The translations under genes were made by a program, and so were the position numbers. 64,000 nt of DNA from Pecten maximus (taxonomy: Eukaryota). The DNA lies in NCBI RefSeq assembly GCF_902652985.1, contig NC_047028.1:20274001-20338000 (forward strand). Reading direction: 5' to 3'. The notes beneath the pieces were generated by a model that was not told the DNA's origin, did not search any database, and saw nothing but the letters and a program-made list of their open reading frames with translations. Below, piece by piece: positions 54,501 through 64,000 of this stretch; positions within the stretch are counted from its first letter, which is position 1; each line of letters starts with the position of its first letter.

Positions 54501-57500
54501 TCTAATTGAGACGAGACAATATTGACCTTTCAATGTCTTACATTTGTTTGTTATATTAGTTTTCAATTTCCATGATCATCTTTTGAAGTAAAGAGTATAC
54601 ATTTAGCCCGTTTGGAATATAAAGCTCTAGATGAACAACTTCAAATATATTCAGGTTAACAAATAATTGTTTGATTTCTAGGTGTTCTCTTGAATCCCAA
54701 TTTATTATTTACAGATTTATAAGCTTTACTAATTTATCAGAAGGCGACTCTTATGTTAATTATTCACTCACTAGATAGTAGCATGTCCCATCTGGCCAAA
54801 TAATCTTGTCCCTGTCTGATCGTCTCCTTTGTTACTAGTATTGCGCTATTCATGCCATAAACCGTGCAACTTTGACTTCAAACAATAATCTTTATAACTG
54901 TGAATAGACTTTGGTGAGTTTTGATCATTATCATTAGTGTATACCTGGTAATTTTTGCCCCAGGTTATTTTCGCCCTTGAGCAACACAAAACATATTCGC
55001 CCCGTTTTAAATTCGCCCTAAATGGTTTTTAAGAAATATCCTTTTCCTCGTTTGTAAAATCGGAAAATTCCGTTCGGAATTCTCAATACAAGTTGCACTC
55101 GGACCACTCGGGACTTCCCCGAGTTCCCCGATTGTCTTACCAGCATGAGATGTAAAATGTGATTTGGTGTCAAACAAAGAACGTTTACCTGTGCTCAGAT
55201 TTTCTTTTAGTCCCTGCTAATTCAAGTAGTATCGGGTATGCATGGGTGATTTTAAGCAAACTCGATCAATTGTAAGTTATCCGCGCCGTGACTAATGACT
55301 GACCAGTGTTTCTCTTGTTCACATGTACATACATGTACATGAATGGAAGCCACAATTAAGCGACGGTGAACTCATAAAATTAGTCTTTTCCATGGCAGGA
55401 ATTTGATGCCACTCTGTATTTCATTTTTAGCATGACTGGACTACATAATTTAAAAAAAAAATGACTGAATTTTTTTTAAATAACTTGGTATGTATCGATT
55501 TTTAATTGAAAATGCTAAGCCTAGTATGTGATTTTACAGTTGAAAAGTAAGAGGGTATGTTTGTGATCTGACTAAACTTGGCCCATGTACTATGGTTTAT
55601 AAATCCTTCGACTCAGCTTGAAATTTTCGCTTTCATCTTAAATTCGCCCTATCTTCCAAGGGCGAAAATGGCGAAAAATTACCAGGTATACAGTATTATA
55701 TTTGTCCATTGAAGAGATTTATTTTTCGAGATATTGGCGTTAAAAGAAATATATTTTGTATTGCTAATTGGGTTCTAACTTTTGTGAAGTGAATATATAG
55801 GGCATTGTACCATTATCTACATTTAACCAATAAGAGATACATTCTATATAGAATGCATTATATCATTATTAAAGACGACAGTAGGATCAGTGTAAGTTCG
55901 ACGAAAATCGAATTCTGAAGAATGGATGCGGCAAAACAAATATCATTGACATTAATTTATTTACTTGTGTCATTAATTTATTTATTTATTTTGTTGAACA
56001 GGTACAGGTGGAAATAGCCTCTTGTTACAGCAGAAGTCGCCCATATTGTGCGTGTGGTATAGTTGCTGCAGTTGGCCATGATATCTTTCAGATATATACC
56101 TGTAATGGGGAAAATCAAATCAAATTCAAGGCATGCAACGACAGCGTTTTGAAAGCTGAAAAAGAAAAAGAAAACTCAGCGAAGTACAAAGTAAGTGTGT
56201 TTAGGAAATATGGGAATATGAGAAATTAAAATCCCCTTCCAATAAAAGTACAGTCAAACTTCGAATCAACGAAATTCGAATCATCGAGGTTTGACTGTAT
56301 ATAATCCCAATTTGGCTAGAATAACTACCGGATAAAGTGGTCATAAAAAACTTAGATTTATTCCACTGATATAACAATTTGGTTTTGATTCCCACATGAA
56401 TATTTATGAAGAGAAAAAACCACCTATCATATTTCCCCTTGTATATCCCTCATTTGAATGCTGAGAGGTAGGGTTGATATGCTCCGTTTAAAGGATATAT
56501 TGAATACACTGAAGCAAATCATATTTTCGAAAAATGTAGGAAACTTTGTGAGTACTGACTAGGGTTAAATGAAGTGCATTCTGACACATTTGAAAAATTG
56601 AAAATTCTGTTATCATTGGGCAACAAATAACCTGCATATCTTTGAGTGTTGGCTGTCATAGAAGTAATACCATTTGGACTGAGAAAGGGAGGATGGGTCA
56701 CCTGCTCGATCACGTGAATTCTTCGGATACGCTAGTTACATTCCACAGGACTAACAAGGCTTTCTAAGAAAACTAGATGTAACTTGTTTTTACAATTTCA
56801 TATGTTACAGCACATACAGCCTTGTTTTTATCAATGTGTTTCAGATTTATTTACCCACTGGAGCAACTATCCATGTTACGTTACGAGGAGGTAGGTATAA
56901 GTATATGATGGATATTGATATTACACCAACCTTGCATGAATATAAACGAATCACAGGTCTTTGTGGAAACCTAGATGGAAAAAGCTGTAATGACTGCACC
57001 AGCAGGGGAGGCCAGCTTTGTTCGGAACCGCCTCCAAATCCTGGGTGTACAGGAGGATATAACTATTTTCCAGAGGTTTTCACGGAATCATTTAGGTAAG
57101 TAATACTGTGATTCGATAGAGTAATGCTAGTTATATACAATTATCAATTGATATTGAACGTACATGTAATATCGGATTAATATTCATCAAAATTTATTGC
57201 TGTAAATATATCCTGTGTAGATTTTAGGAACGTAATATATTTGATTCTGATTCTCTCCTCTAGAAATCCTATCTGATGTAATTATTTGATTTCCAAGGTG
57301 TATTCAAACTCTTAAAAGCTATGGGTGTTGTTTTTTTGCGTTCAATTATGCTTCACTTTTGGTAAAATTTGCAGTCCATCTTTTCATCCTTCCGTTAAAA
57401 TAGTTAGAGAAACTGTATGAAAACAATATTTGGCTGAGAGACAAAATGCCATCTTCTTGTTGTGATATAACGTATCAAATATGTTTCCCTGGTAGTAAAG

Positions 57501-60367
57501 GAAAATATCGCGATGTTCTGCTATTGATTTAATTGCCATGGGTAACAGCGTATAACTATCAAGAAAATAGAGTGAACAGTGAACACGGTTTTAAACGTGC
57601 AAAAATGTCTACGTCACAGTCAAGGAACAGAATGCAATATGACTTGTAGAGCTCTGTGTAAAACGTTTCCCTCCACATTAAGTGGATGTTATTCAACTCC
57701 CAAGGCATTAAATAATCACGTGGAATAAACTGTAGATGCGTTTTGGTGGGTTACACGGTTAACTTTGACCGGGACTACTTTTTAATCAAGTGATTCATAG
57801 AGCTGATAAGTGAAGACCGCTTCACGCGGTTGCGGAAATGATAACGTACAAAATGTATCGCACTTGTTTATTTTTCTGATAATGAATTTTCATATTTCTA
57901 TCAATTTACTGTTTTAAAGTCAATAAACTTGTTAATTGCTTGTTATAACTTGTAATAAATAGTGATATGTCCATGTGTATATTTATGAAATTGTAAATTT
58001 TGCTTATTATTAGCGGCATTTCATTACAGGTCATATCCTTGCGCTCCAACTGATAATATAAAGAAAACACACACATGAACACAAAAGAGGCCAATTCATC
58101 ATAGGAAACAGGACTTTTAATTTACTGTTGAAGAAACAGACCATAGAAACTCGTGATCGTTGCATATGGCATTTCTTTCACTCTCAGTAGCTATTTTTCA
58201 AAAAGTAGCAAATTATGAGTGGTTTTTTTGTGTGACGTAGTAACTGTTCATATTTCTATATTTCCCATTGCCTTAATCTATAACACGAAGATAATTTCAA
58301 AGAACCTTCTCATTTTTTTTCGTTCACATAGACTTACAGAAGAGGAAAATCTTTTAAACGTCGATCCTGATTTACATTTACTTGAGCCATATCCGTCATC
58401 CAAGAAAGTGTGCTTTTGTTCCAAAAAAGATATCAACCAGCATGGGACCGAGTTTGCCTCTACAGTTTGTTCGTACAGACAATACACAAGCTGTGGTGAT
58501 GGCTTGACGTGTATTCTAGTAGGAGATCACGGAAGTATCGTGGGACCAAAGAGGGACATTCAACAACAGACGGATTTCAATGAAAGAGAAGAGAGGGTAT
58601 TTATTTTTTTTCTAAATACATAATCTTACTGTACTGAACTGATCAAATTGTTACCAAAAATGTATGCATACAAAGGACAATGATCTTACCTGACTCTGAG
58701 TTGAGGCTATTTGTGGAGACCTTACAATGCTACTTGGTCGATACAGGTATGTTTTTATAACATATCTATATAAACTAACAAAAACTGGTATGATGGTTTA
58801 CATATCACGCGTTTCCGAAAGTACCTCCTCAGAGCCTGAACAATATCAAACCAATTCCTTACTTTTGTCATTTGGTTTACCGATGTTAAATACCATGTAA
58901 ATGCACGCCAACAATGATAGGCGACGAACTAGACCAAGTTTGGCTAGCTTGTCTATGTCATCACCTACACTAAATCTATTCTTCGTTATTAGATATACTC
59001 CCTCAAATGGTATAATGCCATGTATGCGATGACAGACAAAACTGTATTCTCTTTGTTATCTTCCCTCATTACCATTAATCCTTCCTTTCCAGTCAGCCGT
59101 TGTTATGACAGAGGTCGAAGCAACTGCCGCCTGCAACCTTGCATTGATGGCATCACCTGTCTACAGTGTGTGCACTAGTATTGGTATATCCTCCCCGGAA
59201 CTCCAAACATGCACAGCGGATCTGATGGTAATTATCGATTAAATATAATGATTTATTTTAATGCAATCTTTCTTGCAATTGCAGTTGATTTTCTCTTTGA
59301 CTCCTCTTCCTTCGTGTGTACATGTCACGTGGGTTTACTTCACAGTATGTTTGATATCAGGAGTGTATATACAATGACTTGCTTCCTACCGTATATACAG
59401 TTCTTTGTGCTGGGATTATATGTCTCTAATGCCTTCTGGATGTTTGTTTGGAATGTGTTAAAAACAATTTGCACACGCGTCGTCATCGACGAGTGCTGCA
59501 AAACGATTTTTAAGCAAGATAGTATCTGGCTCAAGAATGATCGAAAGATATATTAAGAGATAATAAGTAAAGCCAGCGTAATTAAAGTATCATGGTTAGT
59601 AGTACATGAAGGGAGATAAATCCTACATATATGATTGGGATATCATTCCTACATGCATGTTTGGGATATCAATCCTACATATATTTGTGAAATAAATCCT
59701 ACATATATGATTGGGAAATAAATCATACATGTATAATTAGGAGAAAAATCATACATACAATGTATATCAATTTTACCAATATGAGTTTACCTATATCCGA
59801 ACTATTTCCGTCTCCAGCTGACTGGGGATAGTAACTGGACGATGTATGCAGTGGACAGATTCCAAAGCGCATGTCTCGATACGATAAAAAAGAACTCAAC
59901 ACTCCAAGAACACTTCCCTGATGAAATTAACACAATAAAAAACTTCACGTGCCCAAATAGCTGTTCAGGAAAGGGATCATGTTCTAACGGTAAGCAAATC
60001 TGAAATCTGGCATGAAATATGTACATCATGAAAAAAGATATCTTAGATCAAAACATTACTTTATAACAGTTTCATAAAGTCAGTTGTATAAATGTATACA
60101 AATGTTGTTAACACATCAATATTCAATTCTGGTATTGGAAGAAACTCATTTCAAAGATGCTTATTGCATATTCTGTTGTCGTCTAGCTTCATTTTGATTT
60201 CTATCAATTTTCTCATAATAACTACCATAAGAATAATTCAGTGTGTTCTTTTTCCTTGGTGATGTGACTTCTCTTCCAACATCTAGGGTATTACCGACGG
60301 CTCTTCACTAGAAACAAACTGACGTCATTGTTATAAAAAGAACATCATTGAGGATGAGAGAAACAAA

Positions 60368-60402
<35 letters not shown>

Positions 60403-62691
60403 AGGAAAATACAGAGCAAATATTGTTAAAGCTTGCCAAAAAAAAGGTTTCTTAAATTGGCAATATATACCCATAAGAAAAGCATTTTGATATATATTTT
60501 TAGGAGCGTGCACTTGTGATGAAGGATATGCATCAGACGACTGTTCGTATGATTTATCCATACCAGTATCCATATCAGGTCTGGGAAATGACGACTTATG
60601 TGATCTCCAGTATGGGTGTGACTTCATTGTGATCGAAGGACAACAGTTCCCGTATGGCAGAAACTACACGTGTCAATTTATCGGTCAGATGGTAAGATAG
60701 ACTTGTTTTGTCTTATTGCTTTATTAAATCCGTAATTTCTTGCATATGTGTCTATTTTCAGTCCCCAACCGGTAAAAACGGTTAAAGCTATAGGTTTCCT
60801 TCTTGTTCATATGTACGTAACGACAAAGATTGTGCTCTAGCGGCTTCACTCCTAGAGTGATGTTGATCAAATTTAACATAATAATTAGAGACTTCAATAT
60901 CACAGACATATTTGAGTTTCAGGATTTTTGGGTCAAGGTCACTGTTTCTGTTTTTAGCGAGGGACGCAGGGGACATGTATTGCTTCAGCAATACGGAGTA
61001 TGCTTGTTAATTATATATGTACACCTAAATCATGGGGTTAGACGATTGCATTCCATTTCTCAAAAGCAAGCGATGAATTGTTAACATTTCAATTCTAATT
61101 TACCATTGCCACGTTGAAAACATTATACAACTGAATTGTTGTTGTTGTTGCTGTTGCTGTTGTTGTCGTGGTTGTTTCATATTAACAATATGGATATATC
61201 TTTCAGACGTTCGTCAATTCATCTGTTCAGATGGTGGATGCTCAAAATGTGACAGCTCAATACCGAAGTCTTTTTGAATTACTTTGTGATCTCCCGGATG
61301 TTGAAAATATCCCAGGAAGACTCGGCGTAGAGTACAATGTCTATGTTGCCATGGATTCATTTGATTTCAGTGACGCGTGGAACTTCGTCGTCATAGATAC
61401 GACCTGTCAAACTTTCACCTATGAGGAAGGAGCAGTATCTTTTGATATCCAGGTATATCCATGGAACAAACTTTTTTGTTAGAAATTCTATCACAATTTT
61501 TTTATCATTTACATGCTAATAATGTGATGACAAGCATAACAAACAATCTGTTCTATTTAGGCATTGTTAGTTTTGTATTTCGTGTTTTCTATACATTCCA
61601 AACATACAGTAAAACTCGGATTAGTCGAAGGTCGACGGGACCAAGCAAAATATTCGACTTATCCGATGGTTCGACTTATCCGTGTCCGTTTGTATACGGA
61701 GACAAGGATTTTAAAGGAAATAAATAACCGTTTGTTTTCTTTGCAGGAAGGGTATTGTTTCATAGAAGGTGTGTGTATACTAACAGGCTCATATGACCAG
61801 GAGGACTTGTGTCAGGAATGTAATAGCCAAAAGGATGTTTACACATGGACCGAGTCTAAAGGTAAATTACGGAAACTTCTTAAGAATCTATATGTCACAA
61901 TATTGTGATATTTACCTTATAGGATAACAGAACGCATTGTTATAGCGCATTTCGCAAAAAGGAGTTTTCGTTTCACGTGTAATAAAAGTCTTTTGAAAAA
62001 TATAGATTGTCTAAAAAACATAAAATGAGGATGATATCAGTTATCTCTCGTTACAGACTGTGCTGTTAGTGACCTGAGAACGGCGGAGAATAATCCTCAA
62101 GTGACTGTCATCGTTGCGGTTACGTGTTCCGTCGCCATTGTCATACTCTTTGTCGGTTTTGGAGTTTATTATTGGAAGGTGAAATCCACGTAAGTACTCA
62201 TTATTGCAGTTTATATATGCATGGAGACAAACATTTTTATGGCGCCAATTAACATTCTCTTAAACATAATTAAATAATCAAAATAACTAAAATGACCAAC
62301 AATTAGCATTGTTTATTAAGACCAAAGGTGACATTCTATTTAATGAAAGCATGATGTTGACATCTAAACTGTGAGTAAACAAATAGTGTCTTTTAATCTG
62401 TTTTAAATAAATGAAAATATATTCCCTATTTAATCAGTACAGTGTATATCTACACTATCATATAGCTTAAATGTAATAACTACATTGATGTATGCCCTTT
62501 CGCATGATTATTGATGTTACCTGTGTCGTTGCAGTAACTCTGTTGTGAAGGACATCTCTGTTGGTTATTCTACGAAGGCAGATGCTGTGGAAAACATTCA
62601 CTTCAACCAACCCCAGAATCAAAAACAAAACAGCAGTTTTTCTCTTAAAAGCAACAAGACACAGCCATTTCCACTTACAGGGAAGGTTTGA
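44121..62691 (+). CDS. von Willebrand factor D and EGF domain-containing (VWDE-like) type I membrane protein, ~1268 aa; one apparent +1 frameshift
   Basis: 24 GT-AG exons: 44121-197 (signal peptide), 47173-229 and 47678-790 (EMI-like: NVC...C...CY.RY...YYCCDGW...C), 48039-59, 48594-779, 48999-49190, 49468-680, 49980-50153 (two D8C/D10C-like modules), 50746-66, 51491-762, 52340-426 (SPGFYAGIK), 52898-53285, 53501-592 (CDPHHLTFDG), 54182-245, 56002-190, 56845-57095 (GLCGNLDG), 58332-596, 59093-227, 59818-989, 60504-691 (CPNSCSGKGSCSNGACTCDEGY), 61207-452, 61747-861, 62057-189 (TM VIVAVTCSVAIVILFVGFGVYYW), 62535-691. The exons sum to 3808 nt = 1269 codons + 1 nt. Confidence 0.9.
48527..48567 (+). 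repeat. (TTG)n microsatellite
   Basis: Direct reading; located just upstream of a splice acceptor. Confidence 0.9.
54935..55695. mobile_element. Tc1/mariner-pogo-type MITE
   Basis: TIRs TGTATACCTGGTAATTTTT / AAAAATTACCAGGTATACA flanked by TA; internal TTCGCCC/GGGCGAA repeats. Confidence 0.85.
56249..56299. mobile_element. Minimal pogo/Tigger-like MITE (51 bp including TA flanks)
   Basis: TA-CAGTCAAAC...GTTTGACTG-TA. Confidence 0.75.
59611..59757 (+). repeat. ~26-bp minisatellite, ~5.5 copies
   Basis: Unit GGGAGATAAATCCTACATATATGATT. Confidence 0.85.
60368..60401 (+). repeat. (ATG)n microsatellite
   Basis: Direct reading. Confidence 0.9.
60755..61008 (+). mobile_element. Short degenerate HINE-like element
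   Basis: AGTCCCC..CCGG 5' end, GGTCAAGGTCACTG, and 3' GGGGACATGTATTGCTTCAGCAATAC hairpin followed by CTTGTT. Confidence 0.6.
61604..61695. mobile_element. pogo/Tigger-like MITE fragment
   Basis: TACAGTAAAACTCGGATTAGTCGAA terminus and repeated TTCGACTTATCCG. Confidence 0.6.
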
Positions 62692-63344
62692 AATTGTTGT
62701 CACCAAGCAATATAACGAGTTGAAAAAGAAACAATAAGTCAATCCAAAGTATCATGTGATATAGCAAAACAAGTGACTTTCATTCCACAGCAGCTAGATC
62801 AAAAAATGAATTCGAAGTATCGTTTTTTCCTTAGAAATGAATATCTCTTTGACCAAATTATATAAGATAAGATATACCTGACTTTGTTAGAAATTATCAT
62901 GTTTTAGAAATAGATCCCATATAGCAGGAATTACTGGAGATATATATGGAATTAAATAGATATGTTTGTCAAGATATAATTCCATCAGCCAAAAGGACTT
63001 TCTTTGGAACATAAACTGGTGACTTGCTGCAGTAACTTCGTCCGCTTAGTTTAAAACCTTGGTAACCATCCTATATCAGGAATAACTAGTTTTATATCTA
63101 TTTCGGAACAATCCATTGATTTAACATACATGTCTATATGTATACAAACGCATACAAGTACTCTACTAGATCCAGCTTCTGGTCAAAGTATCAAACCCAG
63201 TGGTATGTATTTGTATGGGTGTTTTCGACAAAACATAAGCAAATATCAAAAGCTGCTGAAATACCTAACCGCTACTATCAAATAACTGAAATATTATGAT
63301 GGGAAGGAACTCTTGAAATCAATAAACCACGTTTATTCAATGAA

Positions 63345-63640
63345 TCGCCCTGTAGGAAGGTCTTAAGAATTATACATGCTGCCCCATTGCATGATCGGTA
63401 GAGGCGACTAAATTTAGGATCGTATCTTTTCTCTTAATTCTTTCCAAATAATTGTCTTCCTTATAATGTCTCCCTTGACAATGTCTCGCTTTTGGTCTTT
63501 AATGAGCATTTGCCGCTATCAAAAAAGTTTTGGGTTATGTCCCTTTGCCGGGTTATACAATAAAAATGGTTGTTGCTACTCCGGTTCGGGGGATTAGACG
63601 ACGATTAGTTTCTAACGTTGTCAGTATAATGTAACCGAAT
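63345..63640 (+). mobile_element. Diverged 5' half of the 11201-11738 SINE family, including the leader
   Basis: CGCCCTGTAGGAAGG...TGCTGCCCCATTGCATGATCGGTAGAGGCGACTAAATTTAGGATC...TCTCCCTTGACAATG...GTCAGTATAATGT. Confidence 0.8.
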
Positions 63641-64000
63641 GAGTACATTACATTCGGTATGTATCAGCGAAGCAGCACTAATAAAGTCGGTATCATACCG
63701 AGGTTTCAAAATCTACAAGTGTATCAAGATAAGGAAACAGACAACCCTATTGACCTATATAGGCCAAGCGAACAATCATGGGGCAAACACGTGCACCAAA
63801 ACACTCCAAATGCATTCTGTGTACAGTCTGGTTTCTTGATGTAACAGTATTGTTTTATTGTCGCGACTGGTATCATCTAATTAACTATTATAATCAACGT
63901 CATTATCTTTAAGTTCGTGTGAAAGTTTTACTTGATTTAAATGACACCTCGCATTAGATTTTACGGAAATATCTTTTTTTTTCAATACAAATTTCCATTT

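Noticed and set aside
54491-54524. CTGATGA...CGAGAC-AATATTG hammerhead-like string
   Set aside because: GAGA instead of GAAA, weak stem II and no stem I pairing.
62677-62691. C-terminal TGKV as a PDZ-binding motif
   Set aside because: The -2 residue is Gly, which fits no standard PDZ class.

Overview
AT-rich, intron-rich eukaryotic genomic DNA. The repeat families (Meta/V-type SINEs with (CCAAA)n tails, HINE/Helentron-like elements with internal satellites) point to a bivalve mollusc (inference). I reconstructed five spliced genes by hand. (1) A 5'-truncated M13/neprilysin-family gene (+, 1-13980) whose catalytic motifs are changed (HEXXH -> HKITH, NAFY -> DIFY, transition-state His -> Phe) and which carries one +1 frameshift. 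(2-4) Three paralogous ankyrin-repeat/SOCS-box (ASB-like) genes in -,+,- arrangement (16938-34461), with a non-canonical BC box and uORFs. (5) A ~1270-aa VWDE-like type I membrane protein gene (+, 44121-62691) with EMI, 2x D8C/D10C, VWD, EGF and TM regions and one +1 frameshift. The most unusual non-coding signals are a 47-bp minisatellite built from degenerate minimal type I hammerhead ribozymes (32743-33073), an HDV-like ribozyme candidate (14869-14975), a SINE with a conserved structured leader upstream of its tRNA-like head, and a 16-copy G-quadruplex-bearing satellite inside an intronic HINE. All coordinates were read by eye and no database search was possible.
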